A DNA stretch of 64,000 nt from Octopus sinensis (Eukaryota). Under the pieces are notes generated by a model. The model did no database searches and was not told the DNA's origin. It worked only from the letters and a program-made list of their open reading frames with translations. The stretch spans positions 133,548,001-133,612,000 of the forward strand of contig NC_043000.1 of assembly GCF_006345805.1 (NCBI RefSeq), in the 5' to 3' direction. Both the position numbers and the translations under genes were made by a program. Below are positions 1 through 12,320 of this stretch, piece after piece. The first letter of the stretch is position 1, and each line of letters opens with the position of its first letter.

Positions 1-848
1 ATTATAATATACATATAAACATAAACATTGAAGTTAATGTTTATGAATTTGGAGTGTCTGATGTAGAAAAAAATGGTTATCTTTGTGAAGGATTACTTGA
101 ATGTCATAGAGGTGAAAGTTGCAGATTAGTTCTGAAAACTTCTAGCAAAGAATGAAACTTCTCTGAAACTTGAGCCAAATGAGCGAGCCTCCACGTGATT
201 AGTAACCAACTAGAAATAGGACCCAATCTATCTCAATCCAGATTCTACTGTCTTAAAGAAGAAAATATCAGAGTTGAGTCAGAAAAATAAGATTGTCATG
301 GTTAGGATGCTTTTGATCAAGGTTAGTCTGAAAGTAAACAAGTACAACAGCAACAACTTCAGCAAACTGATATATTCTTATAAGGGATTATAGGATAGTA
401 TAAATAATGTGACTAGATTTGCAAATTTCTAATATTATTTCTGAAGCCGTTCATCACAGAGATTCCCATACATTGAAATGTGTCGCCTTCAACAATAATG
501 AAGTAGATTAAACGAACAAATGTTTAGCTGAAATCTATGAAACCTTTCATGGATTTTATCTTTGTGGTTCACGATTTTATCTCTACTAATACATCAGCCA
601 CGTATTTACGAAGTCTTCACATATTGCTACATTTCGAGATTAACAATCAAACAAAATTCTATAGGATAATAATTCTGAGGAGTCATTGTTCTGCATTTTT
701 CAATTATCTAAGTTAGTGTTTCAAATAAATATTTAGAGGATAAAGCCAATAACAATTTAGAGTAAAATTTATTTTGCTTCTGGAAGTAAGAGTAGGAATA
801 AATTTCAAATTGGAGATCATAATATCATATAAACTTAACCCACGCAAG

Positions 849-1006
849 TATGGCTGTGTAAAAAGAAGTTTGCTTCCAAACCGCATGATTTCAGGTTTAG
901 TCCTGCTGCATAGCATCTTGGACAAATGTCCCCTACTATAGCCTCAGACTGACCAAAGTCTTGTGAGTAGATATGGTAGGTGGAAACCAAAAGAAGTCCG
1001 TTGGGA

Positions 1007-1010
<4 letters not shown>
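849..1010 (+). mobile_element. Degenerate tRNA-derived SINE, family A (head GCGCAGGAGTGGCTGTGTGGTAAG type), 5' part
   Basis: Diverged match to the cleaner family A copies at 29750 and 38211 (ctatagcctc..gaccaaag.cttgtgag..ggaaac..aagaag.ccg), followed by (TA)n as in those copies. Confidence 0.6.
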
Positions 1011-1054
<44 letters not shown>

Positions 1055-1120
1055 CCAGAAAGTTTCGTCCGATTTTTATTTTAGTGTACATATATAATTG
1101 GGCGAAACTTTCTGAATATC

Positions 1121-1162
<42 letters not shown>

Positions 1163-2296
1163 TATATATATATAAAGATGTGTGTGTTATGACAACCAGG
1201 AGACAATTCCCTGTAGAGTATGATCTTTGACAGGCAATGGTTCTCTATTCTGGAGAATATGTTGAAAAGTCTTATAGAAATGAATGAGTCGGTTTATCAA
1301 CAGCTTCATCTGCTGTAAAATATTAGGAAGCATGTAGGTAATGTATTGTTTTTAAAATTGCATTAGGCTCAGGTTTGTACAAAAGTGGCAATGGCGTGTT
1401 GTGAAATTACTTCAAGCAAGAATGCACAAATGGTTCGAAAAAATTAGCCTGCCAGGGAGCCTCCTTCTAAATCATGGCGCTCGTAGATATGAAATATATT
1501 AAAAGGCTACATATTCTTAGTTCTGTATAGATTTCTCTTCTATTAATAATACATATGTTTGCAGACACGAAAGAGAAATAATATAAGTGATAAACAAGAA
1601 CAATGTTATTGCAGAAAAACCTTACAGGTGCCGTCGTATTCTAAAAGCATTAGTTTGTTGGACATAAAGAGATTTCGTAAAGAAATGGAAGACAGCTTAT
1701 CTTTTCCTACGAAACTCTAAAATCGATGCGAGAAATTAGAGACATCTTACGGGGCCGATAAATAGACACATCGCCTGATTTCAAAATAACATTTATGGGT
1801 ATTTTAATAATAAATTTATACAAATTAGATAAAAATATTTAGATTATTGGAAAAGTTGCCTGACAATAGCTGTCATTTAGATTTCAATTTCTTGTGGGTC
1901 AACTGGTCAGTACATACTACTGTTATCGAAACTTTTCTATCTAAATATGACAGTTATCTCTGAAGAAAACAGGCTAGATAAACTAAATTAGTCACGGAAA
2001 ATGTCGGAAAATGTGAGCATAAACCAGAAAAGAAATTATTTGGAAACTTCAGTGCACGAAATATATAGCTTAGGTTGGTGTATCAGAAATGATTGATTTC
2101 TGTCTCTTCAGAGAATGATTTTCACACTATTCAGAACTAATTGAGTGAGTCATCTGATGAATCTTATTTAGTTTTGTTACCTTGATCATCAAAATATTGA
2201 TTTCAATCACATATCACAGAGTTATGGCTTTTTCGCAGAGAATCACACCAGTGTCTGTAGGATTAGTTGTTTAAACCATTTCGAAATACTTTAATC

Positions 2297-2637
2297 GGAG
2301 ACCCCCCTTCGGTCACGACACAGACCATAGGATTGCACCTAGAAAGTTACCCTCCTAGACACAAGTCCGGGCGAGGTTGTTTATGGAAGACCAGTAGTCG
2401 CCCATGCATACCAGCCTCCCCTCTCCACGCCACCAGTGTTATCCAAGGGAAAGTCAAAGGGGCCGATACAGCTTGGCACCTGTGACGTCACAACTCATTT
2501 CTACAGCTGAGTGAACTGGAGCAACGTGAAATAAAGTGCCTTGCTCAAGAACACAACACGCAGCCCGGTCCGGGATTCGAGCTCACAACCTCACGATCGT
2601 AAGCTCGACGCTCTAACTACTGAGCCATGCGCCTTCA
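2297..2637 (-). mobile_element. tRNA-derived SINE, family C (tRNA head + CORE-like block, distinct 3' body)
   Basis: Minus strand starts GTGAAGGCGCATGGCTCAGTAGTTAGAGC (A box) ... GAGCTCGAATCC (B box), then tgtgttcttgagcaaggcactttatttcacgttgctccagttcactcagctg; near-TSD acttta(a)atc. Confidence 0.85.
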
Positions 2638-3758
2638 CTTTAAATCAATTGTTAAATGTAACGGCAAAAAATAGTTAGGGGTGGGCAGGAGTGGAAGTAT
2701 TTTTGAATCTATCTCACTGGGTCCTTGATAAATTTCTTTTAAAATATGGGAACTATCTTTGTTCACACCTGACAAAAGATGAATTTATCAAGAGCGTATA
2801 TGAAGAATTATAGTAACTAAAAATGCCAATAAATAGACGTTGTCGAGAGTTTAAAGGTTATCCAATTTTAGATATTTCATTTCGTCGACACAAATAAGGA
2901 TCCTGCTAGTTTGTTTTAAGAAACACCACATTCAAATCAGGATATTTAAACTCTATTTTGTGAGTCAGGATAGTATTATGCCTAAGGAATTTTACAATAG
3001 CTGAACATTATATTTACCATAAAATATAAACTATAATAGTATAATGCTAACTTTTATAGACAGAAGGCGATACATCAGTTACAGCATCAGTCATATCAGT
3101 AGTAGTATCAACAACAATATTAGCAGTAACATTAACAGAAGCAACTACAGATATTATAAATCGAAGAATATGTCACGAGTTTAGTCTTGTTTCAGAATTA
3201 TGAATCGTCTAAAATCTCCTTCCCTTCTACTACACTACCAAGGAAGAGCATCAAATATTTGGACAAGCTTTGTATTCCCCAAACGAATATATAGCTATTG
3301 ATTTACTCAGCAGAATATGACTGAAGAACAAAACCTCGTATACAATAGTTTTTAAGTTACTGTTTTAAATGGAGAAACACGGCTCGTTAAGAACACTGCA
3401 GTAAGTTATGTTTATTCTTGCTTATGAAGACAAATCTCTTTTTATCTTCTGTCCATTATTTTGAAACTGCTCTCCTTAAGTTGCTGCCGCAACAGAAACC
3501 CAGCTTGCGTCTGCCACTATATATCGAACTAAAGTTTGGGCCGCTTAACTTAACACAAGAAAATTCTTTATTGTAAGCAAATAATTTAAAGTCTATAAAA
3601 GAGAGAATCTCGGAATTATAGGAATAAACAGGAACATGGCTTGCACAGAGAAAGAACTAGATAATAGTTTACGTGTACTTGCATGTACATGTATATTCCT
3701 AGAATTTCTTTATACCATACCAATCAAACTGTCGTCCATACACACATATGTATGTGAG

Positions 3759-3801
<43 letters not shown>

Positions 3802-3808
3802 ATATATA

Positions 3809-3875
<67 letters not shown>

Positions 3876-3880
3876 ATATA
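3759..3880. repeat. (TATC)n-(TA)n compound microsatellite
   Basis: Direct reading. Confidence 0.95.
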
Positions 3881-4849
3881 TATCCATATGTATGGAGAGA
3901 GATATATAAAGAGGCTAAAATATGAAGCAGATAGAGAGAATGGAAGACGAAAAAAAAACTATTACGAATCCTTTGCTCGGATACGTTAACAATACAGATG
4001 AAAGTGAATCTATTTTCTACGTATGTTTTCTTATAGCTATTTCGTATAAAACAGGCTCCCATTATCCCCGAACTCACGCAAACTGAATTCAAGACATGTC
4101 ATTACGTTTTTTTGAATATAATTACAATACTGAATTTAGAAAGAAGCCCCCTTTTTTACCGTTCGTTTGGATTTCAGTATTATAGTGACAAGTAAACCCT
4201 GACAATTGCAAATATCAGTTTTATTGATCTTAACACTCCAATCTCCATACGCACTGTCAAGAGTAAAAGGATCCGACGTCTTTCAAAGTGAGACCGTCAA
4301 ACGAATGGAATGTTTGTAAGAACCGTAATACACTTGCGTCAGAAATTAATTAGCACTTCTCAAATTTCTACATTAAATAGGTTAAATCAATTAACCTATG
4401 AGCTGTTCAAAACGTCTTACGCGATGAGAAAACTTAGTATGGTGTGATTTCGGTCCTTGCGAGGCGCTACCTATATCTATTAAACAAAGGAAGATTTGTC
4501 TGCATCCGCACTCCAAGTTGTTGTTGCACTGCTATGTCAACATCATAAGGCTGTAGACTCTCAAACTGCTCTGCAAACAAAGTTACGTCATCGTTCTGCG
4601 CAACAGTGAACTCGCAACAAAGCAATAGTTCAAGATATGGCCACTAGGTGACAGCACATACCTTGAGTGAAGAGCAAATCAAGGGTGCTAATTAATTTCT
4701 GACGGTAGTGTAAGCACTTGGAACATCAACCACGCTTTCCCTAATTTTGTTTTTAAGTGTCCATGTAGTCGCGAGCTGATATAGACACCCTCCGACCTCT
4801 TCTGAGTCTGTGGGGCATAGTAAATGTGACTGTTGAAGGGAGAAAGGGC

Positions 4850-5005
4850 TGTATCACTACTCGGTTGGTATTCATTTTCATCCAAGTAGACAAGAGCAAT
4901 ACGAAATAAAGTGCCCTACTCAAGAGTTTAAGCTGTTCCGCGGTCTAGGAATCGAACTCACAACCTTATACTCGTGAGCACAAATATACTCAATCCCCCG
5001 CACGC
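4850..5005 (-). mobile_element. Degenerate family C SINE 5' fragment
   Basis: gaaataaagtgccctactcaag ... ggaatcgaactcacaacc resembles the CORE-like block and B-box region at 2520-2600. Confidence 0.5.
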
Positions 5006-5062
5006 AAACACAAACACACATACATACATACACACATATATACGTATATCCATATCAGCCAC

Positions 5063-5063
5063 C

Positions 5064-5104
<41 letters not shown>

Positions 5105-5249
5105 CCTTTTGATCGAAAACCAAACCCCCTTTTTTTATCCCCCAAAAGAAAAGCTCTATCTTGTAATTTGTCCCGTCTGTGTGCAGCCCTGCGTGGCTAA
5201 TAAAGAAACATATCTATCTATCTATCTCTATCTATCTATCCATCCATCC

Positions 5250-5291
<42 letters not shown>

Positions 5292-5378
5292 ATCCATCCA
5301 TCTATCTATATCCATCCATCCATCTATCTATCTATATCCATCCATCCATCTATCTATCTATCTCCATCCATCTATCTA

Positions 5379-5441
<63 letters not shown>

Positions 5442-5454
5442 ATCCATCCATCCA

Positions 5455-5488
<34 letters not shown>

Positions 5489-5490
5489 CA
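5063..5490. repeat. (ATCT)n/(ATCC)n/(GTCT)n microsatellite block
   Basis: Direct reading; explains the IYLS-repeat ORFs at 4974 and 5179. Confidence 0.95.
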
Positions 5491-5844
5491 TCAAGGTGTG
5501 TATGTGTGTTTGTATGCGCGCGCGTGTGTGTGTATTTAACCGTTAAGAAGCCGGTTAAGAATATCGTTCGCTTATCCCGCGGCAGTGATGCTTTATACTT
5601 GTGTCATCCGTTTGATTAGTCATCGTTAGTGCCACAGGTTATTAGACGCAAATACTAACAAAAATAAAAAAAAATCCTGCAGATATGTTTTCCACCTACG
5701 CTTATTTGTCTTCTGCATAATCCACACGGTCGTTGCACCACTCACTGGTGTCGGTGGTGATGATGATGATGAGGATGATAATAAATCATTATAAAAAATA
5801 TAATTCTGATTAATGATGATCATAATTATAGCAATGGTTTCAAA

Positions 5845-6221
5845 GTTTGGCACAAGGCCAGAAATTTTGGGGAAGGGGTGAAGTGACCCCAGTGTTCAAC
5901 TGGTATTTATTTTATCGATCCCGAAAGGATGAAACACAAAAATCGACCTCGGCGGAATTTGGTCTCAGAACACGAAGACGGACGAAATACCTATTTCTTT
6001 ACTACCCACAAGGGGCTAAACACAGAGCTGACAAACAAGGACAGACAAAGAGATTAAGTCGATTACATCGACCTCAGTGCGTAACTGGTACTTAATTTAT
6101 CGACCCCGAAAGGATGAAAGGCAAAGTCGACCTCGGCGGAATTTGAACTCAGAACGTAACGGCAGACGAAATACCGCTAAGCATTTCGCCCGGCGTGCTA
6201 ACGATTCTGCCTGCTCGCCGC
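5845..6221 (-). mobile_element. Family B SINE (head GGCGGCGAGCTGGCAGAA): young monomer 5991-6221 joined to a headless old-type unit 5845-5990
   Basis: Head gcggcgagcaggcagaatcgttagcacgccgggcgaaatgc; central GTCGACTTTGCCTTTCATCCTTTCGGGGTCGATAAATTAAGTACCAG; junction aagaaatag/gtatttcg. Confidence 0.9.
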
Positions 6222-7030
6222 ACAAGGTAAGGAATTTTGTGGGAAGGGTTATAGTCAATTACATCGATTCCCAGAGCTCAGATGGTATTTATCAACCCCA
6301 ACAGGATGAAAGACAAACTCGAACTCGGGGTTTGATTTTAAAGCTTATAGAGTCGGAAGAAACAGCTCTAAACATTTTGCCCGGCGTTCTAACGATTCTG
6401 CCAGTTTGCCGACTTGATAACAGTAATCCTTAGGGCGAAGAACTGGCAGAATCGCGAGCACGCCGGACAAAATGCTTAGCGGCATTTCGTTCGTCTTTAC
6501 GTTCTGGGTTCAAGTGCCACTGTGGTCGACTTTCATTCGTACGGGGTCGAAATTCCTGGCCTTGTGCTGAAATTTGAAGCCTATAATAGTAATTCTTTCT
6601 CATTTCGGCACAAGGTCTGAAAATTTTTCTTCGCGGGTGGGGAATCGATTATATCGATCCCAACAACTGACTGGTGCCTATTTCATCGATCCCGAAGGAT
6701 GAAACATAAAGTCGATCGCGGCAACATTCGATTTGATCTCAAAACGTATAGAGCAAGGAGCAATGCCGTTAAACATTTTGTTCAAACGCACTAACGATCC
6801 TGCCAGATAGCCACCTGAATAATAATAATAATAATCCTTTCTACTAAAGGCACAGGGCCTGAAATTTTGGGGGAGAGGACTGGCCGATTACATCACTGTT
6901 ACATAATTTATTGACCCCGAAAGGAATAAAAGTAAAGTTGACCTCGGCGGAATTTGAACTCAGAACATAACGACAGACGAAATAACAAACATTTCGCCCG
7001 CTATGCTTACGATTCTGCCAGCTCGCATTA
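6222..7030. mobile_element. Cluster of four older family B SINE copies (6222-6411 minus, 6434-6590 plus, ~6600-6820 minus, ~6835-7030 minus)
   Basis: Each carries a diverged ctggcagaatcgttag head and/or the central gatgaaag..gtcgacctcgg block; tails of the cacaaggcc.gaaattttgggg type. Confidence 0.8.
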
Positions 7031-7059
7031 TAATAGTAATAATAAAAATAATAATAATG

Positions 7060-7128
<69 letters not shown>
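7030..7128. repeat. (AAT)n microsatellite at a SINE end
   Basis: Direct reading. Confidence 0.95.
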
Positions 7129-7284
7129 TATCAAATATTAGCCACAGGATACACGCATGAAACCATAGAATACAATTCGATGCAAAACAGAATTTACAGA
7201 TATAGAATTCTACAAAAACGTTTGTGCGAATATATATGTACTGCCCACACAACGCAAAGTATGCATACACTCATACATATTTAC

Positions 7285-8790
7285 ATACAGTAATCCTGTA
7301 TATAATGTCCATCATTATCGATGACTTCCTTCCGTCTACTCATCAGTTTTTTAATTCCATTATTGAAAAACTATTTTGGTTTTGATGAGAAGGTAGAGAG
7401 ATCAGATTCGACCTCTTAGAGGTTTTTTGAGTACTAAACAATCAAAATAATTCTGAAAGCATTGAAACAAATAGTAATCAGAAGGAGCGAGGTCTGGGGA
7501 ACAAGACGGGTTAGGGGTTTTTTTCCAGCCAAGTCCTCCGATTTTTTTCTGGTGTAATCTTTGCAGTGTGAGGCCTTGTATTATCATGATGAAACGCCAT
7601 TCCCTTACGATTTGTCAAAGCAGGTATTTTTTTTTTCTTCAAAGCAGTATTCAAACACTATAATTGTTGGCAATAGGTGTGGAAAGTAATTGTTGCATTA
7701 GTAGCAGCTCAAAGCGGACGACTCCAATGCAGTTCCATCAAACAGAAAGAACCTATTTTTGCATGGAGGTCTTTTTGGGGTTGTGGTTTAGCCTCTTCTG
7801 AACAAAGCCATTGCATGCGTCACAACATTTTCATTAAAAATCCATTTTTCATCACCATTCACCAATATGTCAAAAATAAGATACGTTCACGAGAGTGAGG
7901 AGATGAGCAGATGTCCACTCGTGATTTTCGCTTGGCTTCTTTCAAATCGTGGGGAATTCATTTTCTGAGTGTGGGCACCTTTCCAAGCTGTTGAAGATGG
8001 CGGTAAACAGTTGAATGGCTTGAATTGAGCTTGCTTGCCAATTTTTCAACTGTCATAGTATTATCCTTCTCAAGCTCTGACAAAAGAGGCTCATCATCAA
8101 ATTCAACAGGGCGTCCCGTTTGTGGCCCCTCTTTCAGGTTGAAATCACCATCCTTTAACTTTGCAAACCATCTTCCGCTACTTCTTTCTTTCAGGCACTC
8201 TTCTCCATAAACAGAATGGATATTAAGGCGGCGAGCTGGCAGAAACGTTAGCACGCCGGGCGAAATGCTTAGCTGCTGAGCGGTATTTCGTCTGCCGTTA
8301 CGTTCTGAGTTCAAATTCCGCCGAGGTCGACTTTGCCTTTCATTCTTTCGGGGTCGATAAATTAAGTACCAGTTACGCACTGGGGTCGATATAATCGACT
8401 TAATCCGTTTGTCTGTCCTTGTTTGTCCTCTCTGTGTTTAGCCCCTTGTGGGTAGAAAAGAAATAGGTATTTCGTCTGCCGTTACGTTCTGAGTTCAAAT
8501 TCCGCCGAGGTCGACTTTGCCTTTCATTCTTTCGGGGTCGATAAATTACGTACCAGTTACGCACTGGGGTCGATGTAATCGATTTAATGTCCTTGTTTGT
8601 CCCCTCTATGTTTAGCCTCTTGTGGGCAATAAAGAAATAAGAATGGATATTTCAGGTTGCTTCTGCTGCACTATTTTCGTTTTTGATCTCATAATGTATT
8701 ATTGCTGTAAATTCTCCTTCAATACATCCATTTTTGAGGGGTTAATATTAGTAATTAATTCGGTCAGATTATTCTGTAAAAAGAAATTAC
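7285..8790 (-). mobile_element. Decayed mariner (Tc1/mariner, SETMAR/Mos1-like) transposase, split by a SINE at 8225-8639
   Basis: Minus-strand peptides in the expected order: MDVLKE..YEIKNENSAAEAT*NIHS / VYGEECLKERSSGRWFAKLKDGDFNLKEGPQTGRP (HTH), PSCSPDLAPSDYYLF (YSPDL motif) and GIKKLMSRRKEVIDNDGHY (C-terminus); stops and frameshifts present. Confidence 0.9.
8225..8639 (+). mobile_element. Young dimeric family B SINE
   Basis: Full unit plus a second unit starting at gtatttcgtctgcc; 12-bp TSD agaatggatatt at 8213-8224 and 8640-8651. Confidence 0.95.
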
Positions 8791-9817
8791 ATTAAGTTAA
8801 AGGTTTCCAAATTCATATGTGTATCAATCAATGTCATTTGACATTATAGAATAATGTAAACTTTGATAGAAATTAAATATATGATATTTCGGACACTATT
8901 TATAGGATCGCCTGATAGCAACGACATTTCTTAATATGTTGCGATGCCGGGTGAATGATCTGAATTTATGAATATTAAAACATTAAGAGACAATGAACTT
9001 CTGAATGCAAAAAATAAACAGAACGTCTCTAGAAATAAGTGAAAACAATTTTTGAAAATTTAGAGAAAGATTTCTATTGGTCTTAGTGGAAAAAAAAAAT
9101 CAAATCAAGCTTAAGTGTCATTATTCAATATTATGGTTGCAACTTACGTAAAAAAAGAAAATGTTAAGGCTATAATAATTACGAACAAATCTCTTATAAT
9201 GTAGCACAGCGGGCAAATTGTCAAAATTTATGAATATTGAAGCAATAGTTAAACATTAAGAAAGCAGAATGAACTTTCAAATACAAAAGACAAACAGAAC
9301 AACTAAATAGAGACGTTGTTGCTGTAAGAAAGTAGAAACGCTGTTGGCTAATTTAGAAAACTTCAAACTGTTTCATTAAGAATTATGGGACAAATACAAA
9401 AAAACATTAGCAGAACAACTCCAGCTTGTGCCAAATGATTTAGAAAGTAAATCTTACAAAGTGAAACAGATTCAACTGTTTCAAACGCTAAAGTGTTACA
9501 TAAACAAATACTAGACAGATAGTGTATTATATATATATATATATATATAACTACAAGAACCAAAAATGAAGCTGAAAGCGTGAGCCTGAAGCAGCCGTTT
9601 TCGAATGTGTCGTTCACGACGGTTTTTAAACGAAAGGACATAAGGATAAGCGTTTTCTCCAAAATTCTATTTCATATTTCAAAAATATTCAGACAGTGGA
9701 TATTCAAAAGAAAACCAGGATCGGTTTACCAGCTGATGATCGGAAACGTATAACGCTTCACAATTATAATAAACTAAAGTTAAAATGTTATAATGTATTC
9801 AATTTATATTGAGCCTG

Positions 9818-10633
9818 GGATCTTTTCGGTTTGAACGGCAGTTTGAAACATAATTTCTAGGTAACTAAAAAATTTAAACTTCGTATAATGGTAGAATGTG
9901 TTTATAAAACATCATCTTCTCTTGGCTTCATTGAGAAAATTCTATAGTTTGTAACATATTTCGCCTAAAATTTCTAGCATTTCGGCAATTTTAACCAATC
10001 GATTACCGCCATTTACGTAAACACCATTCCGTGCTGTATGAATGTGTCCCAGTTTAAGAAACAGATTGGGTTTATTTACATTTGTGAAGAAAAAAGATAC
10101 CCATCCCCCACCCCTAACCCTAACCATAACCCTAACTAACCCTAACTCTAACCCTAAATCTAAAATAGATTGACATGCAATAGATCGATACTCGGGTGAT
10201 AATTATGGGTGACAATTTCATATGAGACCGCTAGAAAAAACTTAGCGGTCTCATGAAATTGTCACCCATAATTATAACCCGAGTATCGATCTATTGCATT
10301 TCAATCTATTTTAGATTTAGGGTTAGTTAGGGTTAGGGGTGGGGGAAGGGTATCTTTTTTCTTCACAAATGTAAATAAACCCAATCTGTTTCTTAAACTG
10401 GGACACATTCATACAGCACGGAATGGTGTTTACGTAAATGGCGGTAATCGATTGGTTAAAATTGCCGAAATGCTAGAAATTATAGGCGAAATATGTTACA
10501 AACTATAGAATTTTCTCAATAAAGCCAAGAGAAAAAGATGTTTTATAAACACATTCTACCAGTATACGAAGTTTAAAATTTTTTAGTTACCTAGAAATTA
10601 TGTTACAAACTGCTATTCAAACCGAAAAGATCC
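9818..10633. mobile_element. Palindromic (fold-back) MITE, Merlin-like, about 400-bp arms
   Basis: Ends GGATCTTTTCGGTTTGAA...TTCAAACCGAAAAGATCC; 8-bp TSD tgagcctg at 9810-9817 and 10634-10641; arms 9818-10233 and 10243-10633 are reverse complements. GG termini with an 8-bp TSD fit the Merlin superfamily. Confidence 0.85.
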
Positions 10634-10747
10634 TGAGCCTGTCCTATTATTTATCGCTTATGGTGAATCAACAAGATTTACACAAACACACACACACACA
10701 CACATATATATTATCTGCATGCATTATATGTGTATACACCTTTTACC

Positions 10748-11212
10748 GTTTACCTTTTACTTGTTTCAGTCATTAGACTGCGGTCATGCTGGGGCAGCAC
10801 CTTCAAGAATTTTAGGCGAACTTATCGACCTCAGTAATTTGTTTTTTATTTATATAAAATCTGGTACTTATTCTACCGGCCTCCTTTTGACGAACCGCCA
10901 AGTTATGGGGGCATAAACACACCAACACCGGTTGTCAAGCAGTGGTGGCAGACAAACACATACACAAAGAAAACACACACACACCGCACATACACATACA
11001 CACACGCGCATACACATACACACACGCGCATACATATACACAAATATACATATGATGGGCTTCTTTTAGTTTCCATCTACCAAAACCACTTACAAGGTTT
11101 TGGTGAGTCCAAGGTCAACAGTAGTAGACACCCAAGATGCCATGCAGTGAAACCCAACCCGGAACCATGTGGTTGGGAAGCAAACCTTTTACCACACAGC
11201 CACGCCTGCACC
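10748..11212 (-). mobile_element. Family A SINE, diverged
   Basis: Head tgcaggcgtggctgtgtggtaaaag; internal (TG)n; tail gctgccccagcatgaccgcagtctaatgactgaaacaagtaaaag. Confidence 0.85.
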
Positions 11213-12002
11213 TATATATCTATATATACTTACATATGTAAATTTATATACACATATATGTATACACGCGCCCCCACACACACACTCACACACACACTCA
11301 CACACACACACACACACCTTATGATTGATCGAACAGTGTGGTGAAAGATGAGCTTGTTGATGAGTGAAATTTTATGCCACCTTCAAAAGAATAAATAAAT
11401 AGTTTGAACAATGTAAGTAAAAAAAATAATAATATATATATATACTAAATGAATGAATGAAGTAAATAAACTAAACGATATTCATTTAAGTAGAAAATAA
11501 ATTATGGACGTTGAATTTAGTAGCATAACGAAATTGAGGGAAAGAATTTTAAAACAAAAACAGAGGGTCATTAGTAGAGAGAAGATATATGAGCATTATT
11601 TTATTACGGACAGTTTTATGCTAGACATATATACATCTACGAATATGCGTTTAATAATTACTTCTTGTTGGGGGAAATTGTAAAACGAAATATATTATGG
11701 CTGCAATATTGATTTTGTCTCCAATTTCAATCACTGCAATTGAAAAATTATACTCTATTATTTGTTCCAACTTCATGGTTTGCAAACAGTTTCATTATCA
11801 TTGCTTCAAAACTTGAAAGAATTCCGTATAGAACGTTGAATGTTGAATAAAACTGCATGGGTAGAATCGATATTTTAATATATTGTTAGAATGAAATTAA
11901 AAAAAAATAACAAAACACCGAAACATTATTTCAGAAAAAAGTTTAAATTATTTTTCCTAGCCTGATATTTTTTTTTATCGAATTAGGACATACATCGAAT
12001 TG

Positions 12003-12062
12003 GTGTGTGTGTGTGTGTGTGTCTTTCTCACTTTCTCTCTCTCTCTTTCTCTCCCTATATAT

Positions 12063-12131
<69 letters not shown>

Positions 12132-12244
12132 CAATCTATCTGTCTATCTATCTGCCTGCCTACCTACTTAACTATCAACTTGTTGACATGCCTATCAATC
12201 AACCTTCTTATCTTTCAACATGCCTATCTATCTATCTATCTACA

Positions 12245-12318
<74 letters not shown>

Positions 12319-12320
12319 CA
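12003..12320. repeat. (TG)n-(CT)n-(TA)n-(TCTA)n compound microsatellite
   Basis: Direct reading. Confidence 0.95.

Noticed and set aside
180-340. Scattered very old SINE-like fragments (also about 20330, 22630, 53480, 56270 and 57640)
   Set aside because: Probably one old repeat family, but too diverged to delimit or classify reliably
1234-1337. Acceptor and donor pair suggesting an exon
   Set aside because: Stops in all three frames; consistent with chance
6077-6433. Recurrent ORF MRNWYLIYRPRKDERQSRPRRNLNSERNGRRNT (also at 7958, 49631 and 59156)
   Set aside because: Antisense reading of the family B SINE body; it recurs only because the SINE does
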